Source of the DNA: Hormiphora californensis
Taxonomy: Eukaryota > Animalia > Ctenophora
Direction of reading: 5' to 3'
NCBI GenBank assembly: GCA_020137815.1
Contig: CM035351.1
Location: forward strand, 62,001-126,000
Length of the DNA: 64,000 bases
The position numbers were made by a program, and so were the translations under genes. Positions within the stretch are counted from its first letter, which is position 1. Each line of letters opens with the position of its first letter. Shown one piece after another: positions 1-11,500 of the stretch. The notes under the pieces were generated by a model, which did no database searches, was not told the DNA's origin, and was given only the letters and a program-made list of their open reading frames with translations.

Positions 1-91
1 TCCCCTACCTCTCCCCACTCAGCCCCTACCCCTCCCCACTCAGCCCTCTAGTCCCTCACCCTCTAGTCCCTCACCCCTCATCCCCCCCCAG

Positions 92-1530
92 GTGTCTTAT
101 GTGGGTGACAGGGGTAACAACTAACACCTCATCCCCCTTTAATACTGCAGGTGTCCTATGTGGGTTAGTGTCTGACGGTGTATAAGGTCCAAATGAGGCA
201 CGGAGCTTTTCTGAATCAGCTTTTCAAGACGAATCCAACGCAACCGGAATTAGCTTTCTATCTTATCGGGAAGGTTCGGTTCACTCACACTCATTTTTAG
301 TCATTTTTGCCGCGCGAGCCAATCAGAGGCCAGAATTTCGAAATCCAGCCCTCTGATTGGCTCGCGCGGCCAAAAATGAAAAAAATGAACCACACCTTCC
401 CGATAAGATAGAAAGCTAATTCCGGTTGCATTGGATTCGTCTTGAAAAGCTGATTCAGAATACCTCCGTGCCTCATTTGGACCTTATACACCGTCAGACA
501 CTAATGTGGGTGACAGGGGTAACAACTAACACCTCACCCCCCTTTAATACTGCAGGTGTCCTATGTGGGTGACAGGGGTAACAACTAACACCTCACCCCC
601 CTTTAATACTGCAGGTGTCCTATGTGGGTGACAGGGGTAACAACTAACACCTCACCCCCCTTTAATACTGCAGGTGTCCTATGTGGGTGACAGGGGTAAC
701 AACTAACACCTCACCCCCCTTTAATACTGCAGGTGTCCTATGTGGGTGACAGGGGTAACAACTAACACCTCACCCCCCTTTAATACTGCAGGTGTCCTAT
801 GTGGGTGACAGGGGTAACAACTAACACCTCACCCCCCTTTAATACTGCAGGTGTCCTATGTGGGTGACAGGGGTAACAACTAACACCTCACCCTCCTTTA
901 ATACTGCAGGTGTCCTATGTGGGTGACAGGGGTAACAACTAACACCTCACCCCCCTTTAATACTGCAGGTGTCCTATGTGGGTGACAGGGGTAACAACTA
1001 ACACCTCACCCCCCTTTAATACTGCAGGTGTCCTATGTGGGTGACAGGGGTAACAACTAACACCTCACCCCCCTTTAATACTGCAGGTGTCCTATGTGGG
1101 TGACAGGGGTAACAACTAACACCTCACCCCCCTTTAATACTGCAGGTGTCCTATGTGGGTGACAGGGGTACCAACTAACACCTCACCCCCCTTTAATACT
1201 GCAGGTGTCCTATGTGGGTGACAGGGGTAACAACTAACACCTCACCCCCCTTTAATACTGCAGGTGTCCTATGTGGGTGACAGGGGTAACAACTAACACC
1301 TCATCCCCCTTTAATACTGCAGGTGTCCTATGTGGGTGACAGGGGTAACAACTAACACCTCACCCCCCTTTAATACTGCAGGTGTCCTATGTGGGTGACA
1401 GGGGTAACAACTAACACCTCACCCCCCTTTAATACTGCAGGTGTCCTATGTGGGTGACAGGGGTAACAACTAACACCTCACCCCCCTTTAATACTGCAGG
1501 TGTCCTATGTGGGTGACAGGGGTAACAACT
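92..1530 (+). repeat. 59-bp tandem array (~19 copies) made of the splice acceptor and first ~31 nt of the APBA exon at 1500
   Basis: Unit is ...cctttaatactgcAG|GTGTCCTATGTGGGTGACAGGGGTAACAACTaacacctcacccc; only the last copy continues into the open exon. Confidence 0.95.
166..503. mobile_element. hAT-like MITE (338 bp) inserted in the 59-bp array
   Basis: ~40-bp TIR TAGTGTCTGACGGTGTATAAGGTCCAAATGAGGCACGGAG, with further inverted similarity inside; 8-bp TSD ATGTGGGT at 158-165 and 504-511. Confidence 0.9.
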
Positions 1531-2629
1531 TGGTCGTAATGGTAAAACAATCCCCTGACAGTACTAGAACAACGTGCCACGTGTTCGATTGTCCACGGAG
1601 CCAGGAGGTTAGTGGTATAACAGGAGGAGTAGGATAGATTACTAACTAGTTTTAATATGTCAGGAGAGGTGACTAACTATTAGTTACTAATTGATAATTA
1701 GTTAATTAATATTTCAGGTTAGGGTGGCAATGAACAGGGCCTTTACCCTGTCCTACAAAGATGTGTTGAAGAGGAGTGGTCAGACAGAGGAATCGCTCAT
1801 GCAGTGTGCATACAGCGAGGTCCTTAGCTCCCAGAAACGTGCCCAGGTATAACATGTGTCTCAATATAACGTGACACATGCACTTATTACTGTTAGTCAT
1901 CGGGTGCCGCAAACTTATTTTTGTATCCCCCCTTATCTACCCCCCCCCCCCATCAGGATGATATAGCAGACGTGTTGGATAGTACAAAACACATTACAGT
2001 TAGCATTATAAAGCGGCCCCAGGAGGCACTAGGACTGTCCCTAATCTCATCTGGACCAGGCTCCATTATACCCACAGTGGTAGTGTCTGGACTCAGACCA
2101 GCCTCCCCTGCTTACAAAACTGAACAGCTGAATGTGGGGAACCAGGTGCTAGAGATTAACGGGAGGTCTCTAGTTGGGCTCTCATTCGAGGAAACTATAA
2201 GTTACATCAGATCCCTCATCTCTTCTACTAAAGTAGAAATGCAGGTTAGTTATGTTATCACAGTAGAACTACTTAGTTGAATTCCCCCTTTCCATACCCC
2301 CCCCCCCTTCTAAAACCACTCCCCCACAGGTAGTGCCAGCCTCTCCTGTGCTAGTGATAGAGCTGATAAGACCAGATCTAAAGTACCCCCTGGGATTTAG
2401 CGTCAAGGATGGACACATCACCACTCTAGTGAGAGGCAGTATAGGAGAGAGGGCTGGTATAAGGGTCGGACACCGGATAATAGCGATTAATGGGGAGTCA
2501 ACAGTGACATTAGACCACGATTCAGTGGCAGGCATTCTTCTATCAGAAACAGGAAAACTCGTTCTAAAAACAATGCAGAGTCAGATATTCAATCACATGT
2601 TAGGACTAGAGGACCCTGATTATTTATAG
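1500..2629 (+). CDS. APBA: X11/Mint/LIN-10 adaptor, last four exons (1500-1607, 1718-1846, 1957-2244, 2330-2629): end of PTB domain plus two PDZ domains; 5' part lies outside the window
   Basis: GT-AG exons join in phase 0 and translate VSYVGDRGNNLVVMVK..TCHVFD..VAMNRAFTLSY (PTB), GLSLISSGPGSIIPTVVV..INGRSLVGL (PDZ1) and IRPDLKYPLGFSVKDG..GIRVGHRIIAING..LKTM..EDPDYL (PDZ2 and tail). This is the Mint architecture. Confidence 0.93.
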
Positions 2630-2674
2630 TCTGAGGTGTGTTTGTCTGTCAAGCTTCTTAGGTGAGGTACCGGT

Positions 2675-2700
2675 TGTGTGTGTGTGTGTGTGTGTGTGTG

Positions 2701-2740
<40 letters not shown>

Positions 2741-2770
2741 TGTATGTGTGTGTGTGTGAGCGTGAGTGTG
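2675..2770. repeat. (TG)n microsatellite in the APBA 3' UTR region
   Basis: Direct reading. Confidence 0.95.
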
Positions 2771-2929
2771 AGTTGGTTTTGCTCTTTCAGATTTTGTTGT
2801 GTTGTTTTTCTTTTTCTTCAAACTTCTCTTACTTTTGTTTGACATCTTTTTTTTGCTAAATTGATATCTGTGTTTTACTCTGAGTGTAACAAAAGACCAG
2901 CACATATGTTGTGATATCGTGTGTACATA

Positions 2930-3188
2930 TTAAGCCAAAAACTAATTGGAATTAGTTGGCGGGAAAGGTGGCCCACTTACACCTTTTGCTGCTACCGGGT
3001 ACCACGAACTGTCATTCTCTTCACGTCACGTCGGTATCTCAATCTCTCTCTCTCACCCTTTCTTTCTCTTTCTCTATTTCACTCACCTCTTATATCCCTG
3101 ATACATTTTAAAATAAAACCCGGCATCAGGCAAAGGTGTAAGTGGGCCACCTTTCCCGCCAACTAATTCCAATTAGTTTTTGGCTTAA
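2930..3188. mobile_element. MITE with ~55-bp TIRs, TA or TTAA flanks
   Basis: TTAAGCCAAAAACTAATTGGAATTAGTTGGCGGGAAAGGTGGCCCACTTACACCTTT and its reverse complement ending GGCTTAA. Confidence 0.85.
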
Positions 3189-4424
3189 TTTAGGTCCCTT
3201 TTTGGTTTCTAATGTCAGTATGACATTATTTCATGATGTAAAATTGTCAAAATGATGTGTTATATGAGAAACGAGACGAATTTCTGTGAAAATCGTAATT
3301 TTGACGTCATTATGACATCATCTGACGTAATTAGTGACGTCGTAACAACGTAATTGCATCACAATATATTTTGAATGAATACCCTGAAGGAGCTTGTAAA
3401 GTATCATTGACCGCAGTGGTCAGGAAAGGGAGTTTTTGCTAGAAAAACGTTCAATTTGCTGAATTTTTCGTCAAATTTTTGACTTCCGACGCAATTTAAG
3501 GGCTCAAAATGATGAGCTACGAAAATTCGATATATAGTATCTGAAAGTTCAGACGATTTGCCGGTAACGATTTTTTGTCAAATCAAAAATCGGAACACGT
3601 CTCAAGGGTGCTAGAGGCGTTTGAAAAAAGTTAGTCGGTCTCGCGCAATGACATCACTCGTGACGTCATTGCGCGCGTCATAGGCAAGATGAAGAGTCGC
3701 CACCAGAATGGGTACATGCACGAGACAATTATCTGTCGATTGCCGCTTGGTTTAAGGTCGTACGATGTCTGGTTCGTCTCAAACTGGGACCAAACGGAAG
3801 GTAACAAAGCGTCTATACATCTATATATGTATATATGTATCAACCTAGTTATCCCCACACTGAATTTTCTGTTTTGGGGGTGGTGTTATAACTTTTGAAC
3901 AAAAAGAGCTAGCCACTTGAAATTTTTACCATCGATAGATGTCTACAAGAAGCTTCTGAGTACACAATTTCAGCTTCCTAGCTCATCCGGTTCGGGAGTT
4001 ATGGCCAGTCAAAAAGTGCCAAAATGGGCTAAAAGTATGAAATAACTATATATACGCTGTGAGCAAGCGGGCCGTTTTTTGGGGGAATTTTTTTCGGGGG
4101 GTTGGATGGGGCCACCTTTGCGCTTGCCAGCGCAGTGATTCAGCTGCAACACACATATTATTCCCAATGCGATTGTAATTTGGTGGGGTAAATAAATAAG
4201 CGCGGTGGCGCGCCCCTACAATTACCCTGTTGTCACTGCGCGCTACACAATATTCCCTCAAAAAGTGTGTCAGCCGTGTGCCACACACATAATTATTATA
4301 CAACTGGGTACTGGATGTTATACATGTAGTTTGGGGGTTGGTAATAAGAAAATGGTAATAAAATATACACAAAATAAGAATTAAACATGTCTTGATAGAT
4401 ATATCGGCTCTACTAATCTGTATT

Positions 4425-4612
4425 TCCTCTGTTCCATTCTCCACACTGTCGCATTCCTCAAATATTGTTCCATTCTCCACACTGTCGCATTCCTCAAATA
4501 TTGTTCCTCTCACTCTCTGTCTATACTCATTCCTCATATATTGTTCCTCTCTCAATCTCTATGTATAATAGAACTCATTCCTCAAATATTGTTCCTCTCT
4601 CAATCTCTACAT
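4425..4612. repeat. Degenerate tandem repeat (core cattcctcaaatattgttcc) starting at the MPND stop codon
   Basis: Four to five copies of the core with variable linkers. Confidence 0.7.
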
Positions 4613-4617
4613 AAAAA

Positions 4618-5453
4618 TCATTCCTCTTTCGCCACAATATGCCTCAGAATATCAACAAAGCGATTGTCACTGATATCTTTGGGAGCCTTTTGTTTCAAGC
4701 TCTCTGCCATCTTTTGAAAGATTGTCATATTGTTTTTCCAGTGTTTGTGTAGCTTCACCCCGGTGGGCTTGTGGGAGTATAGGTTGGACATGGCCCTCAT
4801 TTCAGCTGCTAGTTCCTGAGATATTGTAGAGTCCCACATACACCTGCAGGACATAATGTTAGCATGTGTAATGGGAAGGGGTACTGCGGGAAGGGGGGGT
4901 GATACTAAGGAATGGGCTCTGAACTCGGATCAATATCTCCCTCTTCCTTGTTTTACTTGTACCGCCCTCTTTCTCTACTTACGTATATTCAAGGTGCATG
5001 GGTACTGGTCTGCCATCATTAGTGTGCATCACGCAAAACAACTGCATCTGAAACATTGATATTGAAATATTGGAGGTTAGGGAGTCGAGATGTAATCCAA
5101 ACTAACTAACACATATTCTACTTTATAGACTGATTATAGGGGTGGTGCCGAGGTAGGGGTTACCAAGGTGTTACCAAGGGGGTTACCAAGGGGGTTACCA
5201 AGGGGGTAACCAGGTGTCAGAGTAACTGTACCTCACTAGATGGAGACTGGCCCCGGAAGGGGGAGATAATAACACCAAGACATGGATCTATTCTCCCATC
5301 TAGAGATCTCATGTGTTGCTGATGGACACTCTGGCACACGATGTCGTGTTGGGAGGGTCGGGGAGAGGAAGTAGGGTGGGAGTGGTACCAACCAATCACT
5401 GTCATGTCCTGGGAGGGAGGGGGTTACAACTTGATCATTTCTTTCACTTCTCA

Positions 5454-5528
<75 letters not shown>

Positions 5529-8500
5529 TGAAACTCGATCCTTTGGTTTGATAAAACGAGCTCTCGTCTAATTGTCCGTGTGTACCACCCTTGTACACCC
5601 AGCTAGACGCCAGTAAGCCGCCTAAAACCGTCAATTTCAACTACTAACTGACCAAAACAGCAATGAATGACCTTCAGAAGGACCTTTTGTGTCGTGTCAA
5701 ATTCAGCGTCAATTCTTCCGAGCACTCCTCTTCTGTGAAAGCAGTGTTAGATCTGATTCTGAGCAACGAGGGTGCATTGCCGACCAACTCCAACAAACCA
5801 AGAAAAGAAGATCTATCAGCAACTCTTGATGCCATTAATGACTTTGTGGGAGAGTTTATGACCGGCCGGTCAGAGATCTGGCACTCCAATGCAGACACTA
5901 AAGGCACCATGGCCCTACTGATATCATCATTTTTCGCTCTCAACCCAGCTCCCTCATGTCCAGTGTGTAAGACACCACCTCCCCAAACGTTATCCCTCGG
6001 AACTGACTGTCTTCGATGCCTCTGCTGCGGTTTACCTGCCCACACTGACTGTTATAAGGGGGTAAACCCAAAGAAAGGGATCTACTACATATGTACCAAG
6101 TGTAACTGTGATCCCCGTAGAAATATCGTTACACACAAGATGGCAGTCACGTCCAATCGGGCAGCACAAACTGTAGCCCCAGCCTACACAACGGATTTGA
6201 AGGAACCACCCCACGCTGGAACCATCATAACGGACAAACTGCAGACACAAGTTCAGAGTTCTTCCTCCACTGAAGATACCCACTCACAGTATTCTGTCAC
6301 CACGGATGACAAAGAGCAGACTATAAAGGATACTAGCCATCCTCCCAACCCTGCGAACTCATATAGAAGAAACCGCACATTTGACAGATCGCTCATCATC
6401 TGCAGATACTTTGAATCCAACCGGTGTAAGTATGGCATCACTGGCGGATCCTGCCCTAACTACCATCCACCATACTGCCGGAGATTCCGAAATTATGGTC
6501 CATGTGAGAAACTGGGCTGCACAAACTCGGATGAGGAGTGCAAATATTACCATGCCTCCCTCTGCAGTAAATCTCTGATGGGACGAAGATGCACTAACAA
6601 GGCGTGTAGATTGACGCATATTAGGATGTCACCTACTACAGCTACGAGGGTTGCTCTCCTACCCACTCCACCCAGTCCCAACCACCCGAATGTGCCTATT
6701 CCTAGTTCTCTTCCCACAACCGCCAGTTCTAACAGTAGTAACACGACCTGTGTGAACACGTCTAGTTCTGTGCCCCCATCTACCACCGCCAGCCCTAACT
6801 GTAGTAACACGACCTGTGTGAACAAGTCTAGTTCTGTGCCCCAATCTACCACCGCCAGTTCTAACAGTAGTAACACGACCTGTGTGAACACGTCTAGTTC
6901 TGTGCCCCCATCTACCACCGCCAGCCCTAACTGTAGTAACACGACCTGTGTGAACAAGTCTAGTTCTGTGCCCCAATCTACCACCGCCAGTTCTAACAGT
7001 AGTAACACGACCTGTGTGAACACGTCTAGTTCTGTGCCCCAATCTACCACCGCCAGCCCTAGCTGTAGCAACATGGACTGTGTTGCCGCAGCTAGTTCTG
7101 TGCCCCAATCTACCACCGCCAGCCCTAGCAGTAGTAACATGGACTGTGTTGCTGCAGCTAGTTCTGTGCTCTCACCTACCACCGCCAGTTCTAACGGTGG
7201 TAACATGGACTGTGTTACTGCAGCTAGCTCTGTGCCTCTCTCCCACACCTATGTTGCTGCAAATGGCAACATGGGCCCTGAGAAAGTTCCAATTCAACTA
7301 CCAACGACTGCTCCAGGGCCTAATAACATCCCACTGGATTTTCTGAGGCTCTTGGAAAACCTCACAACCACAGCGAGGCTGATCATGGGGAGTCAGTTCC
7401 AATTCAATACCATCCCGAACTACCAGGTACCGGATCTATACACCCAACAGCCACTGCCAATGAATATGTATTACCAGCACCCTGTACATCCCCACCATGC
7501 TATGGGCCACCAGTACCCTCTTGGCAAGGCAAACATGTAGAGGACCGCTGCCACACTCCCCGACCACCGAGGGAGTTAGCCGAGATGTTTCTGCTTAATG
7601 CACATGGAATCAACCCCGGTTTCTCTTCACACAAAGTGAAGCTGCAGCAAATCAGAGAATGGGTTGCCACATCTCATTTCAAGATCCCCTTCTTCGTTAT
7701 CACAGAATCATGGTTGAATGAAACAGTTTTCGACGCGGAAATATCATTTGAAGGCTTCACGACCTACCGAGCAGACCGTGTTGAGCGGAACCAAGGTGGA
7801 GTGGTGATCTACATCAATTCTGATATTCCTGTCACTGATGTGAAGATCTTCTCATCAACTTACTGTGAAGCAGCCAGCGTGTACATGGAAACAGCAAATA
7901 CTGTCCTATCTGGTGTGTACAGGCCCCCTGCTTCCTACTCAGACCCCACCCGACGATGCCCGGTAGACCATTTCCAGTCGTGTCTTCAGGGAATCGAGAG
8001 CTTCATTAAGAAGCACGAGCCTGCTAATGTTATACTGACAGGAGATTTCAATTTGCCTATGGTAAACTGGGACAATTTAGAGATCAAAAGTGGACTGAAC
8101 ACCCTGGCCACGGAACGACAGTCAGCTGAGCTACTTCTCAGTTTATCGGAGAGACTCTTTCTCCACCAAGTAGTTCATAGCCCCACCCGCATGGATAAGA
8201 ACATCTTGGACCTAGTTCTAACTAACAACGACCACCTGATCCATGATGTGGATGTAGTCAGAACAGAATGGTCAGACCACGACCTAGTGAAGGTAACTCT
8301 GAAGACACAGGAGATCAGTGGTATACTTGTCGAGAGCGAGGAGCCCAAACTCTACGAACCGCAGTCAGAGTTTGACAACTTTAACTTCAACAAGGTCACC
8401 CAGGAGACATGGGAAGAGCTCAACATTGCACTTCACAAAATAGATTGGACTGATGTGACCTCTGCAAAAGACCAAAACGAAGCCTGGGAGAAATTCAGAT

Positions 8501-11500
8501 CGTCCATTGCAAAAGTATGTGCCCAATTCGTACCCCAACACAGTGGCTCTCGAAAGAGACGTGTTCAGAAGATCCCAAAGCACCGGAGAAAGCTTCTTGT
8601 GAAGAAAAGAGCACTTGTACGTAAACTAAAAGGTGCCAAGAAAAAAGAGAAAGAGTGCCTGATACAGTGTAAGAGGATTGAGGAACTGTACACTGCACTT
8701 TCACGAATTGAATTAAACATGGCATCTAACATCCACGAAGACAGACTGCGAGAGGAAAGAAAAATCCTGAGAAAGATCAAAGTGAATCCAAAAGCTTTCT
8801 ACACCTACGCAAAGAAGAACAAGGCGTCTAAGTCAGGAATTGGTCCTCTTAAAGACCAAAATGGTGAACTACATGCCGACCCCGCCATCATGGCCAACCT
8901 CCTCCAAGACCAGTACCAGAAGGTGTTTAGTGAACCTATCGAAGGGCCAGTCAATGAGCAGGGACCACCAGGATCCCCTGTTATGAGTGGTGTGACTATC
9001 ACTACTGACACAGTCGTTGAAGCAATCAAAGAACTGTCTCCCCACACCGCACCGGGCCCAGACAAGTTCCCAGCAATAATGCTGAAAAAGTGCAATAGAG
9101 CCTTAGCGCCAGTAATGGCGGAGCTGTGGCAGGCGTCCATACAGACTGGGGATATTGCGTCTATTTTTAAACAGCAGTCAATAGTCCCAATTTACAAGAA
9201 GGATAATAAGAGCTCTCCCGCGAACTACAGACCTGTTAGTTTGACAAGCCAACTTGTTAAGGTCCTAGAGAGAGTCATCCGGAAGCAGATGGTTAACTTT
9301 GTGGAGGAGAACAACCTCCTCTCGCCGGACCAGCATGGCTTTAGGAGTAACAGATCTTGCCTATCACATCTGATCCAGCACATTGAGGACGTAATCGATG
9401 ATTTAGAGAATGGGAAGAATGCAGATGTGCTCTATCTCGACTATTCGAAAGCATTCGATAAAGTATGCCATCTCACCCTTCTAGAGAAACTATCAGGATA
9501 TGGCATCCGGGGAGACCTCCTAGACTGGATTAGAAGCTTCCTGATGGGTAGGACCCATTCAGTCATTGTTGACGGAGTACCATCGAACCCGGGACCCGTA
9601 AGATCTGGAGTCCCACAGGGGACGGTCCTAGGACCACTACTTTTTGTGTTATACATTAATAACCTACCAGATTATGTGCTCCACAGCAAATCGAAGATGT
9701 TCGCTGATGACACAAAGCTACATAAGTCAGTGTCGAGCGAGGATGATCGAAAACTGTTGATGGATGACTTACAAAATGTTTTCAGCTGGGCACTCGAAAA
9801 CAGTATGGAACTCAACGACACCAAGTTCCAATTACTACAACACGGAAAGAACTTGGAACTGAAGCAGCCATACCAACTAACATCCAACATAGTTGTCAGC
9901 GGAAGGGCAGAAGTGAGAGATCTCGGCGTGATAGTTGACCCTGACCTCACATGGAAACCACACATTACACACATAATCAAGAAAGCTAACACCATGGCTA
10001 GTTGGACCTTGAGGCTTTTCAAAACAAGAGATCCTCAACACCTGCTTACTTTGTATAAGACCTATGTGAGATCTCACCTAGAGTACTGCTGTCCAGGTTG
10101 GTCGCCACACCAGAAGGGCGATATACAAAAACTAGAAGCGGTCCAAAGATCATACACCGCGAAAATGGAAGGAATGGACGGGCTCAACTACTGGGAGCGC
10201 TTAAAAGCTCTCAAGATTTACTCCCTCCAGCGACGCCGAGAGCGATATAAGATTCTCTATATGTGGAAAATGTTAAACGGCCTCGTCCCTAAGTCTCCGA
10301 GTATTGACTTTCGAAAGACCATCAGTAGGAGTGGCGTCATTGCTGAACGTCGCCTCGGCAAATCCACTTGTCCCAAGGGTGTCAAAACCCTGATACACAA
10401 CTCCTTCACCTCTTCGGCGGTTGGGTTATTCAACGCAGTCCCAGCCAGAGTTAAGGACCAGTTAACCATCGAAGGTGCTAAAGCGGAACTGGACAGGTTC
10501 CTAGCGAGCATACCCGATACTCCCCCTACTAGAAATTATTCTCCCTCGAACGACAACAGTATTCTGAAGTGGTTGGAGGCAAGGCGCGGTCAGCAGTCCG
10601 TTAGCCTGACGTAGATTCTACCAGATCTTCTACAAAGGTGACTACAAAGGTGACTCCCTCTCTCCCTCCCTCTCTACCTCCCTCTCTCTCTCTCTACCTG
10701 TTGTGTTATCAGTTCCCGTATTTTCTCTTGTAGCATGGTGCATTCTTTCTGGTCTGAAGAGTTGGTTAGAGAGCAGGGGAAGACCCCCTTAACATGTAGA
10801 GTCAGCTTGTTGGGGTTCCATGTCCCACCTAGATACCTATCAGGAGGGGGAGAATTTATCACAAACCCATGATAATATATGTAGAGGCTCACGTGCCCGG
10901 GTTATTCGCTACACGAAACATCTGGAACTCACCCACACACTTCCTCTGTGCTAAGATGACAGTGGTAGTCCACCCCCTTCCCCCACTTACCCACACACTT
11001 CCTCAGTGCTGAGGTGACAGTGGTAGTCCATCAGTAGTAGTGAGTTACTACTAATGTACACCGTGTAGGGCTGCTTCTGACCCACTACACAGAACTTGAC
11101 GCAGTCAACTAGGGCTGCTTCAGGGGGCACTGCCTCTTGCCGGGCCTCTAACATCGCCTCAGGTTCAGTGGCCTGATGTAGGGGAGGGGAGGGGGGTGTT
11201 AGGGTTTAGATATCAGATATTGGGAATGATATTGTCATAACAGCTGTAACTCACCCTAGCCATGGCCTGCTGCCCCCCCCCCCCCCCCAATATTGGTATT
11301 ATGTATAACTCACCCTAGCCATGGCCTGCACACCCCCCCAATATTGGTACTATGTATAACTCACCCTAGCCATGGCCTGCTGTTCTAATTGAGCCACTGC
11401 CATCTGTATCATATGGGCGTGTTGAACAAGGGCCTGCTCCAATATCAACTGGGCCATCTTATCTTTACTCCCTGAGGCATTGTGTTCCTGAATGGCTTTC

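Larger units (their letters stand above)
5466..10653 (+). mobile_element. Full-length CR1-clade non-LTR retrotransposon, antisense inside an MPND intron
   Basis: Two intact ORFs; 3' tail (CTACAAAGGTGA)x2; (TC)n at the 5' side; candidate TSD CTCCCTCTCTC at 5455-5465 and 10654-10664. Confidence 0.92.

Noticed and set aside
92-1530. CRISPR array (also 58151-59080 and 60150-64000)
   Set aside because: No unique spacers and no cas genes; these are plain tandem repeats in eukaryotic introns.
2624-2905. ORFs over microsatellites (also 5236-5640, 23458-23813, 37663-38412 in part, 43838-44134, 52583-52957)
   Set aside because: They are open only because the simple repeats lack stop codons.
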